64,000 nucleotides of DNA from Nitrosopumilus sp. (GCA_965223425.1 OZ245003.1:192001-256000), one strand, 5' to 3'. Positions 11,438 through 22,035 are shown, counted from the first letter of the stretch. Notes: generated by a model not told the origin, from the letters alone. A program made the numbers and translations.

Positions 11438-12205
11438 ATGGTAAGAATTGTTGTCTTTGACTCTGGTTTAGGTTCTTTATCTGTCATAAAACCAATACAA
11501 AAACAGATTAAATGTAATATCATTTACTTTGCTGACTCTAAAAATTTTCCGTATGGAAAAAAACCCATTAAGGAAATAAAAAATATCACACTGCAGACAA
11601 TCACAGCCCTTCAAAATTTGTTTGAACCTAAATTAACCGTGGTAGGTTCAAACACGTTATCACTCACACTGGATTCACACTCGAAAAATATTATTGGTAT
11701 ACTCCCGCCATTAAATGAGGCAAAAAGAATAACAAAATCTAAATCTATTGCAATACTGGCTACAGAATCTATTATAAAAAGCAAATTGCTTGGTAACTAT
11801 ATAAAAAATTTCAAAATAAATAACGTCAAAATTATCAGAGTCAATGCATCACCGCTTGTAGAACTAGTCGAGTCTGGCAGGTTTTATTCAAATCCAAAGC
11901 TATGTAGAGATGTGATAAAGAAGACTCTGAGCCCAATATTCATTACAAACAATGTGGATGTGGCAACATTATCTAGTACGCACCTGCCGTTTCTCTTAGA
12001 ATTCTTCAAAAATATTTTTCCAGACATGGCTTTCCTTGACCCTAGTGAATCATTAGCAAGAAAATTAAAGAAAAAATATTCCAATGATGCTGCAAAAAGA
12101 AATTCATTACAAATTTTTACTTCCGGACATATTCATACACTTGAAAGGAAGCTTAGACACATAGGAATTAAAAATAAAGTTTCTAAACTAACAATTGAAC
12201 AATAA
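11438..12205 (+). CDS. glutamate racemase-like protein with Ser at both catalytic Cys positions
   Basis: VFDSGLGSLSV and NFPYGKK as in MurI, but GSNT (canonical ACNT) and SSTHLP (canonical GCTHYP). Confidence 0.8.
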   Translation: MVRIVVFDSGLGSLSVIKPIQKQIKCNIIYFADSKNFPYGKKPIKEIKNITLQTITALQNLFEPKLTVVGSNTLSLTLDSHSKNIIGILPPLNEAKRITKSKSIAILATESIIKSKLLGNYIKNFKINNVKIIRVNASPLVELVESGRFYSNPKLCRDVIKKTLSPIFITNNVDVATLSSTHLPFLLEFFKNIFPDMAFLDPSESLARKLKKKYSNDAAKRNSLQIFTSGHIHTLERKLRHIGIKNKVSKLTIEQ

Positions 12206-12319
12206 AAAAATCCATATAATTTTTTATGCATGTAGATGAGCTATACAATTGATTCAGTCTAGTCCAATCTCAATATTTCCTAACAGCAAGATCCAAAGCT
12301 AGGGCAGAATCGTTTTCAA

Positions 12320-12780
12320 TTCATCTTCGATCATAAAAAGATAGCAAAAAGACCCAGCAGACAATTCATATCTGTAACAGAATTGACTCCAAAACAATCT
12401 AATTCTCTATCAAAGGAAATACAAAAACAATACAAAACTACAGAAGAAAGACTTGTATCAAAAAAGGAGAAATAGAGCGAAAAGTAGGTGTGCAGGACAT
12501 CCATTTTGCCTATACACTGTAAAGACAGAATCTTGATGTTTCTGACGTACTACAGGACTACACACCAATGATGCTCGGAATGGTATTTGATCCGGGATAA
12601 ATCAAGCGTGATGCGAGATATCAGGTATTGAGCCTGGCAGTAAAACAACCAAATCCCAATTCCTGCCAAAAAGCATGCACATTCAAAAAAGATTATCGAC
12701 ATGTAGCAATTACAAGAGTTGTCTCCCTGAATTAGTTGCAATTACTGGTGGAACAGAACAACAAATCCCAAGACCCAAGA
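12320..12780 (+). pseudogene. IS5-like (HTH + DDE_Tnp_4-type) transposase remnant
   Basis: Broken frames give ...GHPF..KDRILMFLTYYR...DKSSVMRDIRY...PIPAKK...GTEQQIPRPK with several stops and frameshifts; C-terminal half missing. Confidence 0.7.
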
Positions 12781-12943
12781 CATTTTTCGCTCTGCATTGA
12801 GAACTATGAGACACCCTCCTGGCGTTTAGAAGCACAAAAGTGATCCAAAGTGGATGGAGAGAGATGTCAATGACTAGCGGATCTGCTTTCCATATATTAC
12901 AACATCCATTATAATGGATTAAAAATTTAATTTGTTTTAAAAA

Positions 12944-14401
12944 TTATGGAAACACAATTGATTCAGCTATTATAGAATCAATTTCTGAAATCTTTATCCT
13001 ACTTTGTTCCATGGAGTCTCTTTTTCTAATTGTTACAGTATCATCTTCTAAAGTCTGATGATCGACAGTTACTGCAAAGGGAACGCCAATTTCATCTAAT
13101 CTGCGATATCTTCTTCCAATAGCTCCTGAATGATCCAAAAATGCATCACACTTTCTCTTGATCTGAAGGAAAATCTCATCTGTTTTCTCTTTGAGGCCGT
13201 CCTTTTTGACTAGAGACAGCATTCCGACATGAACTGGAGCAAGATATGGCTTTAGAGACAGCACTATTCGTTCGTGTTCTTTGTCATCTCTGAGGCTGTG
13301 CTCTAAAATGGTGTATAAGCTACGATCAATTCCCATAGAAATCTCAAATACATGAGGCAGAACTTTTTCATCATTATCCATTATCTCAAATTTCTCTTTA
13401 CTCTGTTTTGCATGACTGGATAAATCATAGTCAGATCTATAGTTGCATGCAACTAGTTCAAGCCATCCAATCGTAGTTTCCACCTCAAAATCAAATGCAC
13501 CTTCTGCATAGAATGCCTTTTCTTTATCACCTAGTCTTCTGAACCTGCTTTTTGTAATATCAATTCCTGTCTTTTCGTAAAATTCAGTTAGCATTCCCAA
13601 ATAATATGCAACAAACTTGTTTGGAATAATCCCTGAATCCACTGCCTCTTTGCATGTCATAGAAACTGGCTCTGCATCTGTTTGAACTCTAATTGTAGTA
13701 TTTTGAATTTCTGAGAATTTCTCCATCTCAGTTAGTTTGGCTGGATTGCAAAACACTTCAATTTCTGCCTGATAAAACTCCCTGAGACGAAGTAGACTTT
13801 GTCTTGGCGCTATCTCGTTTCTGAAGCTCTTTCCAACCTGGGCTATTCCTAAAGGAAGCTTTCCCCTCATGGTCTTGAAGAGTCTAGGAAAATCTACAAA
13901 GATTGACTGACATGTTTCAGGTCTAAGATATGCTTCTTCTTCTTCAGGACCGATACCAACCCGAAACATCATGTTGAAATTCTTTGTCTCTTCAAAATCT
14001 CCTTTACATTTTGGACACTTTATGTTATTTTGTGAGATAGCATTATCAAATTCATCCAAATCCGCACTTTCTGGAATCTCGATTTCTGCAATGTCTGCAA
14101 TCGTTCTATCTGCTCTAAATGTTGAATTACATTTTGCACATTTTATTATTGGATCTGCAAAATTGCTCAAATGTCCTGATGCCTCAAAAACTGATTTAGA
14201 CATTATTTGAGAACCATCAATCTCAAGCATTCCATCTCTTCTGATAAGCTCTCTTCTCCATAATTCCAGGAATTTGTTTTTTAAACTAACTCCAGATGGT
14301 CCATACTCCCAAAACCCTGCTTGTGCGTCTCCATAAACCTCACAACTGGGAAAGTAAAATCCACGCTCAAGCGCTAACTTCATGACTGCTTCATAATCCA
14401 T
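12944..14401 (-). CDS. glyS: glycine--tRNA ligase
   Basis: YLRPETCQ, GKSFRNEIAPRQSLLRLREFYQAEIE, IGRRYRRLDEIG. Confidence 0.95.
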   Translation of the reverse strand: MDYEAVMKLALERGFYFPSCEVYGDAQAGFWEYGPSGVSLKNKFLELWRRELIRRDGMLEIDGSQIMSKSVFEASGHLSNFADPIIKCAKCNSTFRADRTIADIAEIEIPESADLDEFDNAISQNNIKCPKCKGDFEETKNFNMMFRVGIGPEEEEAYLRPETCQSIFVDFPRLFKTMRGKLPLGIAQVGKSFRNEIAPRQSLLRLREFYQAEIEVFCNPAKLTEMEKFSEIQNTTIRVQTDAEPVSMTCKEAVDSGIIPNKFVAYYLGMLTEFYEKTGIDITKSRFRRLGDKEKAFYAEGAFDFEVETTIGWLELVACNYRSDYDLSSHAKQSKEKFEIMDNDEKVLPHVFEISMGIDRSLYTILEHSLRDDKEHERIVLSLKPYLAPVHVGMLSLVKKDGLKEKTDEIFLQIKRKCDAFLDHSGAIGRRYRRLDEIGVPFAVTVDHQTLEDDTVTIRKRDSMEQSRIKISEIDSIIAESIVFP

Positions 14402-14432
14402 TGTTAGGTTCCCTCAGCCATTGAATAAATTT

Positions 14433-15272
14433 CTACGCAAATTCCTTTGCTTTTCTGATGTTTTCAAAGTCATCTCTTTCATCATCAATTGGTGTTTCTA
14501 AAACTATTGGAATTTTTTTCTTGTTTGCAAATTTTATCACTGCTGAGATTCCTTTTTCTCCAATTCCTCCCATGCCTAAGTGATAATGTCTATCAAGATT
14601 ACAACCAATTTCTCCCCTAGCATCATTTAGATGAAGTATTTTCAAGTTCTTTATCCCTACATATTTATCAAATTCATCGAAAGTTTCCTTAACTTTTTCT
14701 TCTGTTCTCAAGTCATATCCTGAAACAAATGCATGGCAAGAATCAAAACAAATACCGAATTTCTTTGCAGGTTTTAGTTGACTGAAAATTTCTCCTAACT
14801 GTCTGAACTCAGAACCAACGGAATTTTTCTGGCCAGCAGTATTTTCTAACAGAATCATTACATCATTTTTTGTTTGTCCAGCTTTTGTAAGACCTTCAAC
14901 TAATCGTTTAATTCCAGCTTCATCTCCTGTTCCCAAATGGCTTCCAAGATGCGTTACAAGATATGGAATTCCTAGCTGTGCACACCTCTCAATTTCATCC
15001 ATCAATGTTTTTAATGATTTTTCAAATCCATCATCCTTAGGCGTAGCAAGATTTGGCAAATATGGCATATGTGCACATGTTGCCAATCTATCAATTTTAC
15101 TTGTTTTTAGTTTTGATTTAAAATTAGAAATGTCTTCTTTGGTGAGTTCTTTTGCATGCCAGCCTCTTGGATTTCTTGTAAATATCTGAAAAGCAGAACA
15201 TTCTCTTTCAACTGCATTATCCACTGCCTTGTCAATTGATCCTGCTATTGAGACATGACAGCCGATCTGCAT
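14433..15272 (-). CDS. nfo: endonuclease IV
   Basis: IGCHVSIAG, LENTAG, DSCH, HLND, DRH, LETP. Confidence 0.93.
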   Translation of the reverse strand: MQIGCHVSIAGSIDKAVDNAVERECSAFQIFTRNPRGWHAKELTKEDISNFKSKLKTSKIDRLATCAHMPYLPNLATPKDDGFEKSLKTLMDEIERCAQLGIPYLVTHLGSHLGTGDEAGIKRLVEGLTKAGQTKNDVMILLENTAGQKNSVGSEFRQLGEIFSQLKPAKKFGICFDSCHAFVSGYDLRTEEKVKETFDEFDKYVGIKNLKILHLNDARGEIGCNLDRHYHLGMGGIGEKGISAVIKFANKKKIPIVLETPIDDERDDFENIRKAKEFA

Positions 15273-15357
15273 ACCAGTTCAATCTCTCAAAACATAATTT
15301 AAACCAGTATCCAAATCACAAAACCAGATTTTTAAGTCAACCATGTGAATCAATATC

Positions 15358-16383
15358 ATGCTTGCACTTGGACAAGATGAAATTGCAAAATATCCCTTCT
15401 TAGCAGATGCTGGTCAGTATCTCAAAGATAAGGGATTCACATTAGAGCAATTTGGAACGGATCCTGACCTAAAACAGCTAGTTGAGAAGGCATTTGAACG
15501 AATTCAAGTTGCAGCAGATGGAAAAATCTACAAATCTGATCTAATTGGGGATCAGGTGTCAAAAGAAGCAGTGCTTCCAAGAGAGGTTTTCTCATTTCTC
15601 TTGGCCATTATCTTGTTGAAACTAAGTGGAATGCATACTCTGATCAAGAGATTTGCACTTGCCGAAGCAAGACGCGCAGAAAAATATCTTGAAAAAGATC
15701 TGGCAAACGTTTCAAATGAGTCAAAAAAACAATTAGCAATTAGAGTAATTGATGATCTCTTTTCAGTTAAAGTTGAAAAACTTGATGAGTATTTTGTCAT
15801 TTCAGTTTCTGATTATCTAAAACATTCAATTAATTTTCATGAAAGAGAATGGAAGTTAATTAATAGGCATGTGGAAAATGGACAGGTATTTCTTACTCCA
15901 CATGAAACTGTCAGATTGATAAGAAAAGAATTAGGAACATACATCAATTCAAAAATTATTAATGCAAAAACCCCCGAAATGATTCCGGGGTTTGAAGATC
16001 CCGTAAACAAACTTGTTTCGTTATCAAAAAAGTTTGTAACTTTTACTGTAACTACTGGAGAATATCCACCATGCGTTAAGCATGCTATTGAAGTACTTGA
16101 AAAAGGTGAAAATTTACCTCACTCTGGAAGATTCATGCTTGCCACTTTTCTGTTATCAAAAGGTCAATCAATAGAGCAGGTTGCACCGTTGTTCAAAAAT
16201 GCACCAGATTACAACGAACGAGTTACACTTTATCAACTAAACCATCTGGCTGGAACTTCTGGAAGTGGTACTCAATACTCTTGTCCTTCATGTGAAAAAC
16301 TAAAAACACAAAATCTCTGTTTTGCTATACCGGAATGTGATAACATCATTAATCCCCTACAGTTTGGAAAGAAGAGAAAATAA
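15358..16383 (+). CDS. priL: DNA primase large subunit
   Basis: KYPFL, WKLINR, YPPCV, HSGRF, PDYNERVT, YSCPSC Fe-S domain. Confidence 0.92.
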   Translation: MLALGQDEIAKYPFLADAGQYLKDKGFTLEQFGTDPDLKQLVEKAFERIQVAADGKIYKSDLIGDQVSKEAVLPREVFSFLLAIILLKLSGMHTLIKRFALAEARRAEKYLEKDLANVSNESKKQLAIRVIDDLFSVKVEKLDEYFVISVSDYLKHSINFHEREWKLINRHVENGQVFLTPHETVRLIRKELGTYINSKIINAKTPEMIPGFEDPVNKLVSLSKKFVTFTVTTGEYPPCVKHAIEVLEKGENLPHSGRFMLATFLLSKGQSIEQVAPLFKNAPDYNERVTLYQLNHLAGTSGSGTQYSCPSCEKLKTQNLCFAIPECDNIINPLQFGKKRK

Positions 16384-17513
16384 TGAAAGAAACTGATGCC
16401 AAATTCTTAGAAGATTCATTCAAAAAATACTACTTTGAACATTTTGATCTAATTCGAGTACCTGAACGTACGTCAGAAAGAGAGTTTGGTTATCAAAAAT
16501 TCAATTCTGGAATGAATCGTCACATCTCAATTAAAGACGATAAGGAATTGCATCTACTGTTTATACAAAGCATCCCTTCAGATGTTTATTGCTCAAACGC
16601 TTACTATTCATTTCCAAATCTACCGATGAATGAAAAAGACTGGAAAGAAGCAGATTTGATTTTTGATATTGATGCAAAAGATCTTAATTTGTCTTGCCGA
16701 GAAAATCACACAGTATCAATATGCAATGAATGTAATGAAGTTTCAAAAAATTCTGAACGTTGTTTAAAATGTAACTCTACAAAGATAGAAAAAAAATCTT
16801 TATCTTGCAAAAATTGTATTGATTCGTCAAAAACTCAAGTCGATAATCTAAAAGATATTCTAATTAATGATCTAGCGATAGATCAAGAAAATATACATGT
16901 TTATTTTTCTGGTAATGAAGGATTTCATGTTTATGTTTATAATTCACAATTCCAACAAATTGGCTCAAGAGAAAGATCAGATCTGGCAGGTTACATTATG
17001 TTTAATGGGGCAATTCCTGAAACTTTTGGAATGAAAAAATTCAAACCTGATAAAAATTCCTTCCCAAATTTAGATGAAAAAAGCTGGAGAGGAAGATTTG
17101 CAAAAGAATTTTTTGGTTCAAAGTCTAACCGTTCTAAGGTTATTTCTAAACTTGTTAAAAATTCAACTAACGAGTATTCTTCATTCCAAAACACACTTCA
17201 AACTATGTCAGAAAAAATTGGAGTAAAAATTGATCCCAACGTAACAATGGATATTCATAGAATCTTTAGATTGCCTGGTTCTATTAACAGCAAAAGTGGG
17301 CTAACAAAAATTCATTGCAGTGATTTAACAAAGTTTGATCCATATTCTGAGGCATCTTTTCTTAGTGATGAATCAGTAGAAGTGCTTGCAAATTCTCCTA
17401 TAGAATTTTCTCTTAAAAACAAAAAATTTGGTCCGTATGCCAATGAAAAAGTTACAATTCCTACATATGCTGCAGTCTATATGATCTGCAAAAAACTAGC
17501 GACAATAGCTTGA
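16383..17513 (+). CDS. priS: DNA primase small subunit
   Basis: REFG, LIFDID, FSGNEGFH, IDPNVTMDIHRIFRLPGS. Confidence 0.92.
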   Translation: MKETDAKFLEDSFKKYYFEHFDLIRVPERTSEREFGYQKFNSGMNRHISIKDDKELHLLFIQSIPSDVYCSNAYYSFPNLPMNEKDWKEADLIFDIDAKDLNLSCRENHTVSICNECNEVSKNSERCLKCNSTKIEKKSLSCKNCIDSSKTQVDNLKDILINDLAIDQENIHVYFSGNEGFHVYVYNSQFQQIGSRERSDLAGYIMFNGAIPETFGMKKFKPDKNSFPNLDEKSWRGRFAKEFFGSKSNRSKVISKLVKNSTNEYSSFQNTLQTMSEKIGVKIDPNVTMDIHRIFRLPGSINSKSGLTKIHCSDLTKFDPYSEASFLSDESVEVLANSPIEFSLKNKKFGPYANEKVTIPTYAAVYMICKKLATIA

Positions 17514-17554
17514 TTTTGCTGGTAAGACATTAATTTACCAAATCACAATGAAAT

Positions 17555-20419
17555 TTGATTTTGTATAGCGCCTCTACTGATAAACAAGCTCCACCCCCTG
17601 ATGCCGGGAAATTCATCAGATTGGGAGTAGTTGCCATTATAGGAATTGTCATTTTTGCATTAGCAGGAAATCAAGCAGTAATTTTATCAATGAATTTTAC
17701 CGAATTTGGCGATCAATTCACCAAGCCTCTCTATTACACTCTCGTATCTACTGTAATCCTTTCTGCAATCGCACTTGTACGTGTAAATATTCTTGGAAGA
17801 TCCTCAATTTTCTGGTATGCAATTAGTACGCTGATTGGATTCCTCGGAAGTGGAGGACAACAATCCATCTCAAATAATATTCCAAGTTTCCGAGATTACA
17901 AACTAAGTTCTCCACAATTTGTTATCTGGCAGATCACAAAGATTCTGCTTTTTGGAGCATTCTTTGCAAATATTATGTTTGGATTTGCAGCAATGTCGTT
18001 TATTGATGGGGATACTCTTGGAATTGAAAATCTACCAACGTTATTTTCTCTACCATTTGTAACTCCTGACACTGATCCAAACTATGCATCTGAAAACGTT
18101 GTGCCAATGATCCCTGCTTTAGTGATATTACTTCCACCAGTACTTGCAGCAATTGGATTACGTTTAGTTTTGTATGTTGGAATTCACAGATTTATTCACG
18201 TTGTAACTTCCTTTATCCAAGACTCTAACGACGGAAAGCCTAGATATCTAAACTATGTTTCAACTATTGAGGGAATAGTTGGTATTGGTGTAATTTGGGT
18301 AGGACTTAATCTATTCTTTACAGATCAAATCGACTACAACACTAGATATGTGATTGGTGGCGTACTTGTCATAGGCTTTGCACTGATTGCATTTTCAGTA
18401 GTTGATAGAATTAGAGCACGTGTTCTGACTCACATGTTTAAGAGAGATGTATACATTAGAATTTTGACAATAATTGCGATTGCCATTATTGTACTAGTGG
18501 TTGTTACTGTCAACAATAGTATCGCTGATGCAAAAAAGATTGAATTTTTAGGACCTTACACAGCTCAACAAATTGGAGTCAATCGATATCTTGGTGAGTT
18601 AGGCAATGTGCAGGAAAACATCCATGATGTAGAATTAACATCAGTCTCTCCAAACAATATCGATAATTATGTGAAACAAAATAGTGATGTTTTGGATGTA
18701 ATTCGAGTTTGGGATTGGGAGGCAGCTTTTGCAAAATTAAAGCCCGAGATAGGATTAATTCCATATGTTGACTTTGAAGATAATGATATTCTTCGTTTCA
18801 ACGATACCCTGTATTGGACAGCCTCTATGAAGCCAATACTGCCCACGTCAGTTAGCCTTGAAAACAGATGGTATAACGAGCATCTTGTTTATACCCACGT
18901 GCCAAACGGATTCCTTACTCTTGAAGCAACTGATGGTCAGATTGTTGACAGTAGTGAATTTTTCAAACAAAGAGAAATTTACTATGGCGAAGGTGGATTA
19001 TTCGAGCAAACCTGGTCTGCCTATCCCAATTCACGAGCAGTTGAAACAAGTGCCGAACTTGGAGGCGCATTTTATTCTGGTTTGGGAGGATTAGACATCT
19101 CACCACCATTAAGTTGGACTTTTGAACCAAACTTCTTACTCTCATTTCCAGCCGAATCTGTACATGTCATGAGATACAAAGATGTTCATGAAAGAATGGA
19201 AACGCTATACCCTTATTTCCTCTACGACTTGTTTGGAAAAGAGTTAGATTTACTTCCAGTTACTGATGGAGAAAAATCCTACTGGCTAATTCCATTAATT
19301 ATCGGATTTGACACACATGATGTTCCATGGTCTGTTGGAAATCCTTACTTACGTCTGGTAGGCTATGCGCTTGTAGATACATACAATGGCGATATTCAAC
19401 TTCTTAAGACCGGCGATGATTTCTTCTCAGAAATGTTTGCTAGTCAATACTCTGAACAATTCCAGCCAATGCCAGTTTGGTTAGAAGAACAAATCAGATA
19501 TCCTGTTGAATTGTTTAATTGGAAAACGGAGATGTACAATATTTACCATGTAACTGATGTTGAGACATTTATTCAAGCAAACGAATTCTATGAAATTCCG
19601 CGAGGTCTTGACACATATTATGTTGAAGCAAAACCTCCTGGTTTCGAACAAACTGAATTTCTAGGATTATTATCATTGGAATTAAAAGGTTCTCAAGGTA
19701 GAAACCTTGCAGGATATATGATCGTTGAAAATGATCTGACTGATCTAGGAAACTTGCAGTTCTATGAAGTTCCTCTAGATTCTGCAACTAAGCTGATAGG
19801 ACCTACTGCAGTTAGAGAGGCACTTGACCGAGACCCGGAATTTGCTCAACTAAATACACTCTTAAGAAACCCGAGAATTGGCGATAATATCTTGTATAGA
19901 GTAGGCGATCATGATATTTACTTTATTCCAGTGTATACTGCCGGTGCCGGCGGAGTAGTTGCTCAATTAGGCACTATTGCAGCAGTCGGTGCAGCATTTA
20001 ATGGGGAATATTTTGTCGGACTCGGTGACACACAAGAAAAAGCATTTGAAGCATATTTGAAGAAAGTCTCAGGTGTAGCGCCAACTGCAACTACTGTAGA
20101 TGATGATTATGTTGAATTGGAAAAAGATGACAGAATCAATGTTATAAAATCAATATTCCAACAAAATGATATTACTATTGATGAACCCACAACCGTTCAG
20201 GCTCCATTATCATTTAGTGAAGGACAGCTATTCTTCTTTACTGAAAGCGATCGTACAGATACTGAAGAATTTCTATCCAAATTCATTGATGACTTTGTAA
20301 AACCACGCAGTGATAGAGTATTCATGTGGCAAGAAGAAGCTAATCTCCATATTGGTACAATATTTGTCAAAGATGGGATACCTGAGATGCATTATATCTC
20401 AATTGAGGTAGGCAACTAA
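17555..20419 (+). CDS. UPF0182 family membrane protein
   Basis: Multi-TM N-terminus; IRVWD, HLVYTH, EIYYGE, ALVDTYNG, RYPVELF, RNLAGYM motifs. Confidence 0.8.
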   Translation: MILYSASTDKQAPPPDAGKFIRLGVVAIIGIVIFALAGNQAVILSMNFTEFGDQFTKPLYYTLVSTVILSAIALVRVNILGRSSIFWYAISTLIGFLGSGGQQSISNNIPSFRDYKLSSPQFVIWQITKILLFGAFFANIMFGFAAMSFIDGDTLGIENLPTLFSLPFVTPDTDPNYASENVVPMIPALVILLPPVLAAIGLRLVLYVGIHRFIHVVTSFIQDSNDGKPRYLNYVSTIEGIVGIGVIWVGLNLFFTDQIDYNTRYVIGGVLVIGFALIAFSVVDRIRARVLTHMFKRDVYIRILTIIAIAIIVLVVVTVNNSIADAKKIEFLGPYTAQQIGVNRYLGELGNVQENIHDVELTSVSPNNIDNYVKQNSDVLDVIRVWDWEAAFAKLKPEIGLIPYVDFEDNDILRFNDTLYWTASMKPILPTSVSLENRWYNEHLVYTHVPNGFLTLEATDGQIVDSSEFFKQREIYYGEGGLFEQTWSAYPNSRAVETSAELGGAFYSGLGGLDISPPLSWTFEPNFLLSFPAESVHVMRYKDVHERMETLYPYFLYDLFGKELDLLPVTDGEKSYWLIPLIIGFDTHDVPWSVGNPYLRLVGYALVDTYNGDIQLLKTGDDFFSEMFASQYSEQFQPMPVWLEEQIRYPVELFNWKTEMYNIYHVTDVETFIQANEFYEIPRGLDTYYVEAKPPGFEQTEFLGLLSLELKGSQGRNLAGYMIVENDLTDLGNLQFYEVPLDSATKLIGPTAVREALDRDPEFAQLNTLLRNPRIGDNILYRVGDHDIYFIPVYTAGAGGVVAQLGTIAAVGAAFNGEYFVGLGDTQEKAFEAYLKKVSGVAPTATTVDDDYVELEKDDRINVIKSIFQQNDITIDEPTTVQAPLSFSEGQLFFFTESDRTDTEEFLSKFIDDFVKPRSDRVFMWQEEANLHIGTIFVKDGIPEMHYISIEVGN

Positions 20420-20959
20420 TTGCTTCTTGTTGTTGATAACGGTTCCATCTATACAAAAAATTTAAATGATTTTCTAAATGAGAAAAACATCTTGTTTGTA
20501 AAACAGACTCCTCATCTTTTAGATTTGAATTCACTTGGAAACTACAATTCTATAATTCTATCTGGACGAAGAAAAAACGAAAAAAAAATCAATGAAATTA
20601 ACTCCAAGATTATTAATTATTCAATCAAACACAACGTGAAATTACTTGGAATTTGTTATGGGGCAGAAATTCTATCTCTTACCTTGGGAGGAACAATTAG
20701 AAAAACTACACTTCACAAAGGCAGTGAAACCATCAATATAACCAAAGAAAATCCGATTTCTGGTAATTCTTTAGACGTTTTCGAAAGTCATGGATTTGAG
20801 ATATCTAAACTGCCTAGTGTATTGATTCCGGTTGCAGAATCCAAGAATTGTAAATATGAAATTATTCAATATGAAAAAAAGCCAATTTTTGGAACTCAAT
20901 TTCATCCAGAAATGAGCCAGGATGGCCGTCATTTAATTGAAAAATTCTGTTCTCTTTGA
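20420..20959 (+). CDS. stand-alone class I glutamine amidotransferase
   Basis: VVDNGS, ILSG, LGICYG, GTQFHPE (Cys-His-Glu triad). Confidence 0.85.
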   Translation: MLLVVDNGSIYTKNLNDFLNEKNILFVKQTPHLLDLNSLGNYNSIILSGRRKNEKKINEINSKIINYSIKHNVKLLGICYGAEILSLTLGGTIRKTTLHKGSETINITKENPISGNSLDVFESHGFEISKLPSVLIPVAESKNCKYEIIQYEKKPIFGTQFHPEMSQDGRHLIEKFCSL

Positions 20960-20987
20960 TTGATTTTAATAACTCTCAAAATTTCTT

Positions 20988-21956
20988 TTGTTCATGGAAC
21001 AAGAAGATCATGAATTACTTTTACCGCTTGTTGATGAAGAAAATACCTGCCTCCCATTACCAATCAATGTAGTTTCAAAATATTGGAATATCGAATTATC
21101 CATGGCCGAAGCCACAGAAACTGCAAAAAAATATTCAGGATTTAATGGAAGTGTTCTCATTGAGGGAATAGAATCTGCAGAAAGACACGGGCTGACATGC
21201 AAAATAGTTAATTCGTCTTTATCTGAACTAAAAAAAATAATTGATGCTGGAATGCCTCCAATTGTTATTCTTCCAGGAATTCCTGAAATTACACAACATG
21301 CATCTGTCATAACAGGATATGATGGTGTAGAGAAAACAATTCTTCATTATATTCAAAAAGGTACCCAAGAAGGAGAACAACAAGAAGGAGCTATACCACA
21401 AGTTATCTTTGACAAGGAATGGTCTGAAGAAGGAAGATTGTTGATAATATTGGCACCTTCTGATATTTTATCTTCCATACAACTTGAAAATGATTCTAGT
21501 AACAAATCAAATAGACTCTGTTTTGCTTCTGAAAGATACAATATCTTAAAGAATTCTTCTGATGCACTGAAATCATTAAAACAAGCCATAGAGCTTGATC
21601 CAACCAACTCAACTGCTTTGCATTTATTGGGTACTGTGATGAATGAACAAAACTCTTCTGAATGTGTCAAGTTTTATGAACGGTGTCTAGAAACCAACAA
21701 TAGATCATATCTGACTTACAATGGTCTGGGAAATTTTTATCTCAAAACAAATCAATTTGCAAAGGCAGAAGATTACTATACTAAAGCTATTGATATTGAT
21801 CCAAAACGATCTGCTAAAATTTACAAAAACCGTGCTTATCTTAGAGACAAGCAAAACAAAAATTCTGATGCAAAAGAAGATTTGAAAAATTATTTGAAAT
21901 ATTTTCCCAAAGCTCCAGATAGAGGAGTAATAGAGCAAGCCATTAGAGAATTATAA
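20988..21956 (+). CDS. C39-like cysteine peptidase domain + TPR protein
   Basis: NTCLP...HASVITGYD papain-like motifs; C-terminal TPR repeats. Confidence 0.75.
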   Translation: MFMEQEDHELLLPLVDEENTCLPLPINVVSKYWNIELSMAEATETAKKYSGFNGSVLIEGIESAERHGLTCKIVNSSLSELKKIIDAGMPPIVILPGIPEITQHASVITGYDGVEKTILHYIQKGTQEGEQQEGAIPQVIFDKEWSEEGRLLIILAPSDILSSIQLENDSSNKSNRLCFASERYNILKNSSDALKSLKQAIELDPTNSTALHLLGTVMNEQNSSECVKFYERCLETNNRSYLTYNGLGNFYLKTNQFAKAEDYYTKAIDIDPKRSAKIYKNRAYLRDKQNKNSDAKEDLKNYLKYFPKAPDRGVIEQAIREL

Positions 21957-21973
21957 TGCGGAGTGCGGGATTT
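21954..21973. repeat. att-like 20-bp direct repeat of the tRNA-Gly 3' end
   Basis: TAATGCGGAGTGCGGGATTT is identical at 21954-21973 and 23572-23591. Confidence 0.9.
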
Positions 21974-22035
21974 AGGCTCTACATGTAACCATTGTGATGC
22001 TGTCTCGACGTAAAAGTATCTTGTCGAGATTTTTG

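Noticed and set aside
22003-22029. TCTCGAC/GTCGAGA hairpin near the att copy
   Set aside because: Only a 7-bp stem; cannot distinguish a terminator or arm site from chance
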